IMG/VR virus record: IMGVR_UViG_3300035034_003571
Location: 1 to 64,000 of that record
Strand: one strand, 5' to 3'
DNA length: 64,000 nt
Source: a virus
Shown here: piece by piece, positions 45,814-56,463 of the stretch
Position numbering within the stretch: the stretch's first letter is position 1
How the letters are laid out: each line of letters starts with the position of its first letter
The notes under the pieces: generated by a model
What the model was told of the DNA's origin: nothing
Databases searched by the model: none
What the model saw: the letters and a program-made list of their open reading frames with translations, nothing else
Made by a program: the position numbers and the translations under genes

Positions 45814-47490
45814 TTAATTTTGGGTAGTAAAAAATCCGCATCCATCAGAGCTTTTAAAATGAATTAAATCACCATCAGCTAAATGTCCGCTGACTTGTTT
45901 TATGATAGTAACCTCGACAAAGTTAGTTCCGTTTGGAAAATCGTGGACGTATGTACGGGGAGCTGTATAATCATTAAATACAAAAGAATTAAATGGGGCC
46001 ACTAAAGTAACCCCAAAACTGTCTATTTTACGGGATGTACTTGCACTTCTTATTGTGAACTTTAATGTTTCTCCGATATTTTTTAAGTTATTTAAATATG
46101 ATATTCCGTCAGTAATATTTAATTGCAAACCAACTCCGAACATACTATCATCAGGAATTCCGCTAGGGTTTATTATTATTTCATTTTTATCGTTGGCAAA
46201 TGAAGTTTTTTTGGATGACACAGGTTCTATATAATCTATGTTACCAAAAAGGTACCATGTTCTACTTTGGCCGAAATTGGAATTAGTGTTATCGGAAAGC
46301 TCGTTTACCAAAGTGAAACCATTAGATTCCTTAGGGAAATATATAGATCCTGCAGAAGAAATAGAAAATTTATCTTCCTTGATCTCATCCTCAAGAGTTT
46401 CTATTTTTAATAGATAATTTTCTGGCTTATATCCAAGTAAGCCTTTAGTAAAAGATCCACCTCCTAGAGAAACCTCTAGAGTACCAGATCCTTCCTGTAC
46501 TGTATCAATTTTAGAAGAAACTCTAATAGCTGGAAAGTTTGGATTTCCTTGAGAATCTATATCTAAACTATTATTCAACTGTATTCTATTAGAAGATGCT
46601 ATATCATGCTCGATATTTCTATAAGAAGGCTTATAAAAGCCATCAGGGGAAGACATTAGAAAAGATCCACCTGAAGTTATTTGAAATGGATCAGGGCTAT
46701 TAGAACTTGTACCAAAAGTAAATCCGGAAGAAGCTCTTACATTAACCTCGCCATTTACATTGAAAATCATATCATGCCTTACGGAATCACTAACATCCAA
46801 AGTTTGTATATTTAATTTGGAATTTGGTGCTAAAAAAGTAATATCCGAATTATTATCGCTTGGGTTAGTAAAACTTATTCTAGGATGGCTTAAATAATCA
46901 GAGGGTGTTCCGTCCGAAAGATCCCCTCTAGAAAATTCCAAAAGCGAGTTCTCCCCAGAGATTTCAGAATCAGTGGATATAAGAAACATGGAATGCAAAG
47001 GATTTGAATTCATCTGACCCAAAGTGGTATCGGAAAAATTAAAAGTAGTACTTTCATTTAGATTTTTATAGAATATAGCGCTAGCTGCAGTAGCTCCTGA
47101 AATATTTTCTATATTTTCTAACCTTCCAAATTGAGAATTTGAAGAAAGGTTTATCCCCGTTTCTACCCAGCCTAATTCTGAAAACTTTTTAAGTAAAGAA
47201 GTGCTACCAAATGTATCAATCCAATAATCCCCATTAACCATCACATTTCCTGGTCCTCCTTGAGGCGAAGAATCTCCTACAAACCATCTAGTTCCTCTAA
47301 TACCCTGATTACCGGTAGGTCCTTGATCGCCTGGTAATCCGATCTGGCCTGTAGCTCCTGTAGCTCCCCTTGATCCCAAATTACCTCCCTGAAGGTAATG
47401 GAGACCTACGAAATTTGAATTTATTTTATCAACCAAGGCATTTTGAGAATCAGTCGGTAATATTTTTTGTATTTTTGGGTCCCTTCTCAT
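45814..47490 (-). CDS. Tail fibre/baseplate-appendage protein, paralogue 1
   Basis: DKINSNF, Gly-X-Y run, RGTRWF, GDYWID, NPLHS, SLLEFSR. Confidence 0.7.
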   Translation of the reverse strand: MRRDPKIQKILPTDSQNALVDKINSNFVGLHYLQGGNLGSRGATGATGQIGLPGDQGPTGNQGIRGTRWFVGDSSPQGGPGNVMVNGDYWIDTFGSTSLLKKFSELGWVETGINLSSNSQFGRLENIENISGATAASAIFYKNLNESTTFNFSDTTLGQMNSNPLHSMFLISTDSEISGENSLLEFSRGDLSDGTPSDYLSHPRISFTNPSDNNSDITFLAPNSKLNIQTLDVSDSVRHDMIFNVNGEVNVRASSGFTFGTSSNSPDPFQITSGGSFLMSSPDGFYKPSYRNIEHDIASSNRIQLNNSLDIDSQGNPNFPAIRVSSKIDTVQEGSGTLEVSLGGGSFTKGLLGYKPENYLLKIETLEDEIKEDKFSISSAGSIYFPKESNGFTLVNELSDNTNSNFGQSRTWYLFGNIDYIEPVSSKKTSFANDKNEIIINPSGIPDDSMFGVGLQLNITDGISYLNNLKNIGETLKFTIRSASTSRKIDSFGVTLVAPFNSFVFNDYTAPRTYVHDFPNGTNFVEVTIIKQVSGHLADGDLIHFKSSDGCGFFTTQN

Positions 47491-47492
47491 TA

Positions 47493-50400
47493 TTATATTT
47501 TATTTATATTAAAGCTGAAATTAATAGAAGTAAATTCAGAAGGGTTTAGCCTATAATCAAATTCGAAAATTAGATCGCTTCTTTTTGTTAGAGTAAAGTT
47601 TTTATCACTTATATAACCTGTTCTAGATCGATAAGATGGAAGTATATCACCTCTAACAGATAAGTTACTTTCTTCAAATTCACTACCTAAAGATTTTATA
47701 TAAACATTAATTCCATTAGACTCAAAAATTGGAACTACATTCAAATCAATATATTCTAGTATATCATCCTCTATACTAGAAGGATCTCCAACTCCATATT
47801 CTGATATTATATGATTAACAAAATCTTTTTCTACCCCAGAATTTAATAGATATCTTTTTAACATTCTATCCATTCTAATAACCCCGGCTACATATAGAAT
47901 CTCGTCTTGCTTAAATGGATCTACTGTATTTTGCCAAAAAACTTCAACATCAGGGAAAATATCCTCGTCCATTTTTGTAATATCAACTCCAACAAAAACC
48001 TTCGGAATTTGTCCTATCCCAGATGCATTTTGGGTTTGAGTAAGGTTTTGTATAGCCTTAGAACTTTTTCTGGCTGTAGTATTTATAAAATTAATATTAG
48101 TATCTCCTTCAAATTTAGAAACCTCCATTCCTATAAAATTATTTATCCTAATATTATCGGGGGTTTTCATTATTTTTGATCCAAAGAAACTCTTGGTTTC
48201 CTTCATAGATCTTGTACCTGCAACCGGAGTTTTATCGCTAGTTGTTGTATATAAGTTATAGTATCCAGGATCCCAAGAAGATTGGAAAATAGGAAAGTCT
48301 TTTCTATCTATAGGAGTTTCGTCTATTAGAGGGTATACAGGACCTTCAGGAAGATCCTTGCTATCGGATAGAATATTTTCATCGAAAGAAACTTTTGTAT
48401 AATTTAGATTTTTAATTTTCCCAAATCCACTTTTGTTAGAACCAAAGGTTGTATTTCTGAAGGATAAATCTTTACTTGGATCTCCAGTAACAAAATCTAA
48501 TTTATCGTTATTGAACATAATTACTTTCCTAGCTATAGGTTCATAAAACCCGCTAAACCTTAGCATATCAGATTTTAAAGTTAGAGAATTTTGGAGGCTA
48601 TAAGATGTTATTTGATCCTTTCCTATTTTTTGAGGGCCTTCAGTACTTGTTTGTGAAAATACGCCAGTTTGTTTTCTATAATATGTTGGGGATTCTATAT
48701 TTAAAATAAACTGATCCTCTGTAACTACTGTTTTAAGATTTTCAGTATCCCACGAATAGGTTTTATATTTTATATAAGAATCCGATGAATTTATTCTTTT
48801 GGCTATTTGTCCCATAGAAATTCTAGAGGTTATTGGGGGAAAATATCCTTCCCCTCCGTCAACTTGATAAACAGGTTTTTCGTTATATAAAGCCTTAGAT
48901 CCGGCTGGAATAGATACCCCTCCAGTTAAACCTAAAAATGGTATATCAAAAGAATAATTACTATCCAACTTTCCAAATTCTATAAAATTCTTAGAGATTC
49001 CTATAGGCCATGGATATGTTGAAGAATTTCCAGGTACTGAAAAACTACCCTCTGAGGTGGAATTTTTATTAGAACCTTCAGAATAGGTTAATTTAATTTC
49101 CTCCCTAAGGTCAGTATCATATTCAGGATTTTCTATAATATAGACTCTACCCGGAGATATTATAGAATCTACAAAGCTATCTGAGGAATAACTTAAATCC
49201 AAACCTACGCTAAGTTTTATAGAATCTATTTTATTTAACTGAAGACTATTAGTATTCAAATATAGCTTTTTTTTGTCACTAAGGGAATATAAAAGGGTAT
49301 AGTCTACCACAGAAGAAGATTTGGTTCTAAAAGAACTAAGTTCATTTAATCTATAGTCTTCTATAACAACAGTTATTAAGAATGTTATAGATTTTTGTGT
49401 AGTGTTTTCAAGAATCTCATATTTTACAGGAGGTTGTATATCATTACTTTCCGAAACTACCTTCAATATGGAGGTAAATCTATATCCCTCATACCCACGG
49501 TAATTAGAAATAAAATTTCTAGGATCTCCCTTTCCTATATCGGTAAGATTAGATTTCTTTTTAATAACATATTTAACCCCTCTAAATACAACCTCGTAAA
49601 ATCCACCAGATTCGTCATATGAAAAGGTTCCAAAAAATTCTTTAGTTAAACCAGAAGCATTTGAATAATCTCCAGGATAATCTAATGAAGAAACAGTAAA
49701 AATACTGCTAAAATATGAAGCATTTTCGGGATCCGCGTCAAGTAGTATATTATAATCTGGAGCCTCTGGTAAATAATTTTTTTGATTATTCACCTCTTCT
49801 ATTGGATATTCCGTTGGTAAGGATTCTAATATGTACCCTTCATGAGTTAAGTAAGACGGGTCCGCTTCTTCCCTATCTATAGATGGAGAAAAATTAGTAG
49901 GAGAAAATGCAGGAGAAGAATTAAGTCTATATGGATTTCCTCTCGCATCGGTACCACCAGCTAGTGACCATTTATTTATATAAGGAACTATCCTAGAAAT
50001 ATTTGAAGTCTCTATATTATAATTTTCATTCAGATACTCGTATTCAGTATTTAATTTACCAACATTAAATAAAGTAAACTTGCTTTCATTAATTGAGGTT
50101 TTTATATCATCTATAGCTTCTATTCCATAAAATCCACTAAATAATTCTAAATTAGCCTCATATTTAACCGCATCCCCATATTGACCTGGTCCTGTATACT
50201 CCAATTGGGTATAAGGACCTGCAACTACTATAGATTTAAATCCTTTGTTTGCCTCTACAAAAAAATCGATTCCGCTGACTCCTTCGAAAACATCACCAGA
50301 ATTATAAAAAATGTTATTATATCTTATACTTCCACTTTTTACATAATAAGGTATATTGGTTTTTATAATTCCCTTCTGACCTGCTTTAATGTAGTAATAT

Positions 50401-52898
50401 CTATTGGTTTCCGCTAATGGAGTATTAGAATAATTAGAAGACCAGAAATCGAAATCGAAATCTTTAATATCGAAGAAAGTAAAAACACCAACATTTAAAG
50501 AGGTTGGTTCAAATACACTTACTTTAGAATCTGATCCTAATTTAGGGATCGCTCTGATATTTTCCAGGTTGGCCACACGTAGCAACTCATAGTTTTTAAA
50601 TCCTGTAACTACCCCAGTTTCGTCCTCCACTGCGTAATCTACTAACCTATCTATACTTAATATTTTTACGAACCCTTTATCAGTTTGAATGTAATTTCCT
50701 ACCTTTATTATAGAATCATCTGTTTTAGAAAATGCTATTCTATTATTTGAACTTGATGTTCCACCACTAAAAGAAATGTTAGAATTTATTTCAGAAAAAT
50801 CCAAATCTTTTATAGATCCATACCCACTATCATTTTGAAAAGTTTTATATTCAACCCAATCTCCGGAAATATATTCTAGGTAATTATCGGAAGAATCTAT
50901 AACTATATCCCCATCTGAATATATGAATTCGGGATCTAAAAGACCTAAATATTTTTCAGCAAATTTTGGATAATCATAAAATACTGAAATACTGAAATCA
51001 GCATTTATATTTTCTCCAGAAACATTAGTTCTCAAAATGGAAGATCCAGATACGCTCGCGGAATCCAACCTATAACCAGCGAAATCTCTAACAAGAGAAG
51101 AAAAAGAATTGGCTATATCACTAGGGTTACCTGAGTAAGGATTAAAAACCCTAGATCCACCGAAGTTAGAAAAAGACCCTTTGATCCACTCAATTACTCC
51201 GGAATAATCTCCAGAATATATAAGATCAAATTTTCTATCACCTTCTGAATAAATCCCACCAGACCAAAAAAGCTTAAAAGCTATAGCTTTAGGTAAGTCA
51301 TAAATTTTATTAAATTTTATTTCTGTGTAGTCATATCCTTCAGTTTTTAATTTTATTACCTTTAAAGATGCTAAAAATTTATCTACTCCAGTAAAATTTA
51401 AAAGATCAGTCTTGGAGTCAGATATTACTAAATTTCCACTAGATTCGTCTAAATTACCTTCATTAGTAAATCCGGTCGCCCCCAAAGAACCATAGGAATA
51501 ATTTTTATCTGAAGGATCGTAATTTTCGATTCTTTTTAAACTATGGAATTTTTCATTCTTATCAGTTATATAATAAAGTTTACTTTTATCGTTTATATTA
51601 GAATCATCAGATCCTGGAACCCATCCGTCGGAATTTTCATAATACAATCTAACGCCAGAATTACTAGTTACTTCGTACGGAGTATTATTGAAATAATATC
51701 CTACATTATTTCTTCTAGGTTTAGGTAAGTTGTTATTTCCTTCAGAATCCTTATTGATATAATAAGAATTCCCATCCATTCTAAAATTTCCCAAATCGTT
51801 TCGGGAAACATACATTCCAAAATATCTGTTAATAGAATAAAGATCTGAATCTTTATCATCAAAAGCAAATTCTAAATTTATTATATTGCTAGAAATTATC
51901 CCGTTTCTAGAAAATCCCTCGGTTATATAGGATTCAAAATCTATCATGGGGGTAGACTCAGGGGATTTAAAATAATCATACAGTAATTCCCCTGCTTTAC
52001 TGTATATTCCATTCTTATAATCTACTCCATGATAGTAAGTATATGAATTCTCTCCGAAATTTATATCTATAGGTCCTTTGGGAAAGGATTTATCATTTAT
52101 TATAGATCTTATATAATCTCCTATCAAAGTACCCTCTCTTAGATCGAATGTTTCTATAACGGACGAATCATTTAATATTTTATCGTTAAAGTAATTTTCT
52201 ACGTCATTAACTTTATCCTGGAATTTTAATTCTTCCATAAGGGATACTTTACCTTCACCTGCTATTATGGAATATTCATTTCCTCCAAGGTTATCCCCGG
52301 TAAAAAAACTTCCAGCTTCATAAACTTGTGGATTACCAAACGAGTCACTACCATAGGATACAGAAAATGCTTCTCCATCAGGATCTTGTATTACTTTATA
52401 TTCCTTACCGTCTTCTATATTACTAAAATCAACATTAGTTGAATAAGGATAAGAGATTGGATTTGGTGTTTTAAAAATTACAAAAAATTCAGGGAGTTCA
52501 TTTTTTAGCCAAAGTGGAGCGAAATATGAAAATGGTTCATCGTAGTTTTTATCAACTAAGGTACTAGCTCCAGATCCATAAAAGAAATCATACTGGAGTG
52601 AATAATCGTCTGAACTTTTTTTTTCTCCCTCTGTTTTTTTTGAAACATCGAATAAAATTTCAGGCTTTAAATTACCTTCATCTAAAAATTCATAAAGATC
52701 AGTAGAATATGAATTATTACCATTTATTTTATAATTTTTAAATTTATCGCTAGATAAAGTTTGGTTAGCATTTATAGAATTCAAATAAGCTCCTCCAGAA
52801 GAATCCACAGTTATCTTTATATTACCAGTTAACAATGGATTTGTACGGGTAACTAAAAAAGATGTATTATAATCAAAAAGTTTGGATTTTTCAGCCAT
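47493..52898 (-). CDS. Very large putative virion structural protein (1801 aa)
   Basis: Long uninterrupted ORF, Asn/Ser/Tyr-rich beta composition, structural block. Confidence 0.7.
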   Translation of the reverse strand: MAEKSKLFDYNTSFLVTRTNPLLTGNIKITVDSSGGAYLNSINANQTLSSDKFKNYKINGNNSYSTDLYEFLDEGNLKPEILFDVSKKTEGEKKSSDDYSLQYDFFYGSGASTLVDKNYDEPFSYFAPLWLKNELPEFFVIFKTPNPISYPYSTNVDFSNIEDGKEYKVIQDPDGEAFSVSYGSDSFGNPQVYEAGSFFTGDNLGGNEYSIIAGEGKVSLMEELKFQDKVNDVENYFNDKILNDSSVIETFDLREGTLIGDYIRSIINDKSFPKGPIDINFGENSYTYYHGVDYKNGIYSKAGELLYDYFKSPESTPMIDFESYITEGFSRNGIISSNIINLEFAFDDKDSDLYSINRYFGMYVSRNDLGNFRMDGNSYYINKDSEGNNNLPKPRRNNVGYYFNNTPYEVTSNSGVRLYYENSDGWVPGSDDSNINDKSKLYYITDKNEKFHSLKRIENYDPSDKNYSYGSLGATGFTNEGNLDESSGNLVISDSKTDLLNFTGVDKFLASLKVIKLKTEGYDYTEIKFNKIYDLPKAIAFKLFWSGGIYSEGDRKFDLIYSGDYSGVIEWIKGSFSNFGGSRVFNPYSGNPSDIANSFSSLVRDFAGYRLDSASVSGSSILRTNVSGENINADFSISVFYDYPKFAEKYLGLLDPEFIYSDGDIVIDSSDNYLEYISGDWVEYKTFQNDSGYGSIKDLDFSEINSNISFSGGTSSSNNRIAFSKTDDSIIKVGNYIQTDKGFVKILSIDRLVDYAVEDETGVVTGFKNYELLRVANLENIRAIPKLGSDSKVSVFEPTSLNVGVFTFFDIKDFDFDFWSSNYSNTPLAETNRYYYIKAGQKGIIKTNIPYYVKSGSIRYNNIFYNSGDVFEGVSGIDFFVEANKGFKSIVVAGPYTQLEYTGPGQYGDAVKYEANLELFSGFYGIEAIDDIKTSINESKFTLFNVGKLNTEYEYLNENYNIETSNISRIVPYINKWSLAGGTDARGNPYRLNSSPAFSPTNFSPSIDREEADPSYLTHEGYILESLPTEYPIEEVNNQKNYLPEAPDYNILLDADPENASYFSSIFTVSSLDYPGDYSNASGLTKEFFGTFSYDESGGFYEVVFRGVKYVIKKKSNLTDIGKGDPRNFISNYRGYEGYRFTSILKVVSESNDIQPPVKYEILENTTQKSITFLITVVIEDYRLNELSSFRTKSSSVVDYTLLYSLSDKKKLYLNTNSLQLNKIDSIKLSVGLDLSYSSDSFVDSIISPGRVYIIENPEYDTDLREEIKLTYSEGSNKNSTSEGSFSVPGNSSTYPWPIGISKNFIEFGKLDSNYSFDIPFLGLTGGVSIPAGSKALYNEKPVYQVDGGEGYFPPITSRISMGQIAKRINSSDSYIKYKTYSWDTENLKTVVTEDQFILNIESPTYYRKQTGVFSQTSTEGPQKIGKDQITSYSLQNSLTLKSDMLRFSGFYEPIARKVIMFNNDKLDFVTGDPSKDLSFRNTTFGSNKSGFGKIKNLNYTKVSFDENILSDSKDLPEGPVYPLIDETPIDRKDFPIFQSSWDPGYYNLYTTTSDKTPVAGTRSMKETKSFFGSKIMKTPDNIRINNFIGMEVSKFEGDTNINFINTTARKSSKAIQNLTQTQNASGIGQIPKVFVGVDITKMDEDIFPDVEVFWQNTVDPFKQDEILYVAGVIRMDRMLKRYLLNSGVEKDFVNHIISEYGVGDPSSIEDDILEYIDLNVVPIFESNGINVYIKSLGSEFEESNLSVRGDILPSYRSRTGYISDKNFTLTKRSDLIFEFDYRLNPSEFTSINFSFNINKI

Positions 52899-52915
52899 TT
52901 ATATCTTTATTAATT

Positions 52916-55900
52916 TTAAACGCTTAATCTTGATTCAAAGAAATTAGGAGAAACTAAAGTATCATTTTTATATTTCCCTGTTACCTCTACGTCAAATGAA
53001 AAAGTATTTTCGTTATTAACTTTTATGTCTATACCAATTCTTTTGGTATAAGTAACATTACTTAAAGCCCCCTCAGACCTAAACCCCCCAATATTTCCTA
53101 ATTTATCTGTTGATCTAAATTGATAAATCAAAGGAATATTAATAGAATTTTCAATTCCGAAAGGTAAGGTTTTTTTAGCAAGTGATGTACTACCTTCTAC
53201 TTGTACATCTCTAAAAGATTTCGGGGCTAGATATAAATAGGATCCACAAGAATACCTTCCTATTAAATATTCATCGTCCTGTTGAAATCCTAGCTTATTA
53301 GCATACATTGAATCACTTCTAGATGCTGCTGTACCCCCACTAACAAAAGGAATGTTGTTATTTTCATATTCCAATTGTTTATAGTATCCAGTTGAAGAAG
53401 TATCTAGATAAAAATGGTTTGAATGTCTAAATGCTGGATATACTAAAACCCCGTCGCTATAGTCAGGTTTAACTAAGTCCAAAAAGTCTGGGCCTTCTCC
53501 AGAATTAATTGCTGGATGGTCCTTATGTATACAGAATTCCGAAAGGGTTCCGTTACCTAAAGCTACCTGATCTCCGGGAGCACCTGTATATCCTCCATTC
53601 CATACAGACCCATCAGATCCCCCGTTAACTGAGGGAGTTATAACAGGAGAAAATGGAATTAAAGATTCACCATTAAGAGGTATTAGGGAAGTTCCCACGT
53701 TTATACCACCATATGAATAGGAACCATTATAAGCATTACTTTGAGGTAAATATAAATCTAAATCATATCCAACTGACTTAAATCTTGGGTATATGAATTG
53801 ACTAAAAGAATTCCCAGATGCAAAGGGAGGTGCCTGTCTATATGAGGTATTTTCCGCTACCCCCTCCTGATCAACAATATCGGAGCTAGAAAGAGAAGTT
53901 ATTGAAATGGGAACTTTACTATATTTTAGATTCTCGTTATAATCAGGAACGCTAGATATAGAATCAGCCGCTAATAAATCTTGTCCACCTGGTGTAAGGG
54001 TTGATAGCTCTAAATCAGAAGCTGCGGCATTAACCAATTGTAAATTATAAACCTTAGCAGCAATCTTTCCAGCGTCTGTTGTAGTCGGAGAAGTAAATAT
54101 TTGATTGTAGAATCCAGCAGTTAATTTTATAGTATCACCTGGGGAAACTTTTATGGGTTCGTTTTCTCCATCGGTAATATAAACTTCCAAAATCCCTTTA
54201 GCCTTATCTATTGTAGCTTTTATGCTATTTATTTCATTAGTAAGTTCTTGCATTTTATCAAATAAATTGATAGGATTTCCGGCGCTATCATAAAACCCAC
54301 TAGATATACTATTAGCCCTGTGAGTAAATAGAGCATCTCCGGATGTAAATTGGTCTGATAAATGGTCCAGCAATCCTAATGAAGCTAAATCCTCTTTTAT
54401 TTTAATAACAGCCTTATCTTCAGCATTGGATAGTACAGAAAATTCTAATGTGTTTGTAGAAACTTCCTCGGGGAATGTAATTATTATAGATGAAGACCAG
54501 TCTGATTTTAAAGGATTTTCTGGCCAGCCGGCTTCCGAAACAGACATTACCTGAAGCTCTACCTGTTCACCTTTAGTTATAGGAATATCTATTTGATTTA
54601 TATTTACTTTTTCCGCATTTCCTGTATCTTCTTCGTCCCAAATATAAGTTCCTTTAGAAGAATCGTATGATTTTTGTCTAATGTCACTTTTTTCTATAAT
54701 CCAATTACTATAAGAACCTTCCTTGGATTGACCATCAGCGCTTTTATACTTTAGTGAAGATGCCGGTTGAGAAGAACCAGATTCACTAAGGTATCTATAT
54801 CTTTTAATAAATTGGATAACCTCTTGATTACCCGTTTTATCACTAACTTTAGCATTAGGGATATCAAAAAATCCTCTTACTTTATATTTAGGTTTTTCTA
54901 ATATCTGTGGGGTATCTAATGTTTTTACCGCAATTTCCTCAACGGTTGTGTTATATAAGGTTTGCTTTTGAGCTTTTTCTTCAGTAAGTGAATTTAACTT
55001 TGCTTCTATTGCTTTTGGGTTCGAGCTTTCCTTTGGCTGTGAACTAGGGCTTATAGAAGACGATGAAGAAAATCCCTTATTTAATTGACTTTTAGTTTTT
55101 TCTATAGATTTATCTAAGGTTTTCATTTCGTTCTTTAGAACGGATTTAACTGCTACCTTTTCAAATAAAGTTTTAGAGCTTATAGAATCAGTTAATTGTT
55201 TGTTTATTTGAATTACCTGAAAGCTATCCGGATCTAATACAGGAGCATCTGGAGATAAACCATATATTGAAGGAATAGTCTTTTCTTTAGCCATTCCTAA
55301 AAAGATCTGTCCCATATCTGAAACCTGGTCTTTATAAAAAGTAGCTAGGTCCTGTACGGTACCCTGGTTATTTATGGTTAATTCACTACTAAAAAATGTA
55401 ATACCTATAGAAAATTCAGATCCTACTATATTAAAATTGTCGTCAATTACCTTAAAAAATACACCTTGTCTTTCGTCAAATCCTACATTTACCTGGATCT
55501 CTCTTTGGCTAAACTCAGAAGAAGATATTTCTAATACATCAGATCCGATGGAAACCGGTTGATATCCAGTAATCCTTTTAAGTTGAACTGAGCTTTCATC
55601 TCTATTTACAGATGTTATTTCATATTTAGATCCATTATCAGTAACTAAATAATCACCAACATCTAATGATTTACCATTCTTTATGTCAGAAAGAACATCA
55701 GAATAATTTAGAGTATTTAGTCTATAATTTCTTCTAGTTTCAATTACAACATTTCCATTAATGTCTTTATTTCTTACTTCATCGTCATAAAACGCCAAAA
55801 CTCCAAAAGATCCTACATTTCTTAAAACTCTAAGCGGAAGATCCACTATATCTTCGTCTATATAGTAACCTATACCTTGATCTTCTAATTCCTGAATGTA

Positions 55901-56446
55901 CTCGTCGTGCTCTATATCGTTTTTCCCTTTTATATTCTCATCAAAATAAGTTTTTTGTTCGTTAGTTTGGGTATTTGCTATAATTCTTTTTACTACAACT
56001 CTATCAGCATCCTTACTGATTTGTTCGTCTACATTTACTTTAACGAATAATAAAGGATTCAAAAAGGATTCAAAAAACCAGTTATCCTTTATCGCAAAAG
56101 TAGAAGGGATCGGTAAATTAGTAAGTTTAGCCGGTTCCCTTATTGGCTGAACTTTATATATTTGGGCATAAGTTCCGTCTGGATTTCTTACCGTAGAAAA
56201 ATTATCGCCCAGGCCAGATAAGGCTTGAATATTAGAATCTAGCCTTTTTATCTGACTTCTAAGATATCCGTATGCTGGTAAAGATGCACTAACCGGAAGT
56301 CCGTTTTCATCAAGCATTTCGATCTCCACCGTATCCTTAGTAGAAGTTGCTACCTCATTAAGCCCATTTATTATCTCCAAAGAATTTTTTTGAAGTCTCA
56401 TAAATTGAGCTACTAATGAGCTTATAGAATTTTTTGTTCCTGACAT
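52916..56446 (-). CDS. Large putative virion structural protein with coiled-coil segments (1176 aa)
   Basis: Long ORF in the structural block. Confidence 0.7.
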   Translation of the reverse strand: MSGTKNSISSLVAQFMRLQKNSLEIINGLNEVATSTKDTVEIEMLDENGLPVSASLPAYGYLRSQIKRLDSNIQALSGLGDNFSTVRNPDGTYAQIYKVQPIREPAKLTNLPIPSTFAIKDNWFFESFLNPLLFVKVNVDEQISKDADRVVVKRIIANTQTNEQKTYFDENIKGKNDIEHDEYIQELEDQGIGYYIDEDIVDLPLRVLRNVGSFGVLAFYDDEVRNKDINGNVVIETRRNYRLNTLNYSDVLSDIKNGKSLDVGDYLVTDNGSKYEITSVNRDESSVQLKRITGYQPVSIGSDVLEISSSEFSQREIQVNVGFDERQGVFFKVIDDNFNIVGSEFSIGITFFSSELTINNQGTVQDLATFYKDQVSDMGQIFLGMAKEKTIPSIYGLSPDAPVLDPDSFQVIQINKQLTDSISSKTLFEKVAVKSVLKNEMKTLDKSIEKTKSQLNKGFSSSSSISPSSQPKESSNPKAIEAKLNSLTEEKAQKQTLYNTTVEEIAVKTLDTPQILEKPKYKVRGFFDIPNAKVSDKTGNQEVIQFIKRYRYLSESGSSQPASSLKYKSADGQSKEGSYSNWIIEKSDIRQKSYDSSKGTYIWDEEDTGNAEKVNINQIDIPITKGEQVELQVMSVSEAGWPENPLKSDWSSSIIITFPEEVSTNTLEFSVLSNAEDKAVIKIKEDLASLGLLDHLSDQFTSGDALFTHRANSISSGFYDSAGNPINLFDKMQELTNEINSIKATIDKAKGILEVYITDGENEPIKVSPGDTIKLTAGFYNQIFTSPTTTDAGKIAAKVYNLQLVNAAASDLELSTLTPGGQDLLAADSISSVPDYNENLKYSKVPISITSLSSSDIVDQEGVAENTSYRQAPPFASGNSFSQFIYPRFKSVGYDLDLYLPQSNAYNGSYSYGGINVGTSLIPLNGESLIPFSPVITPSVNGGSDGSVWNGGYTGAPGDQVALGNGTLSEFCIHKDHPAINSGEGPDFLDLVKPDYSDGVLVYPAFRHSNHFYLDTSSTGYYKQLEYENNNIPFVSGGTAASRSDSMYANKLGFQQDDEYLIGRYSCGSYLYLAPKSFRDVQVEGSTSLAKKTLPFGIENSINIPLIYQFRSTDKLGNIGGFRSEGALSNVTYTKRIGIDIKVNNENTFSFDVEVTGKYKNDTLVSPNFFESRLSV

Positions 56447-56463
56447 TTTTTATTTACTTTTTC

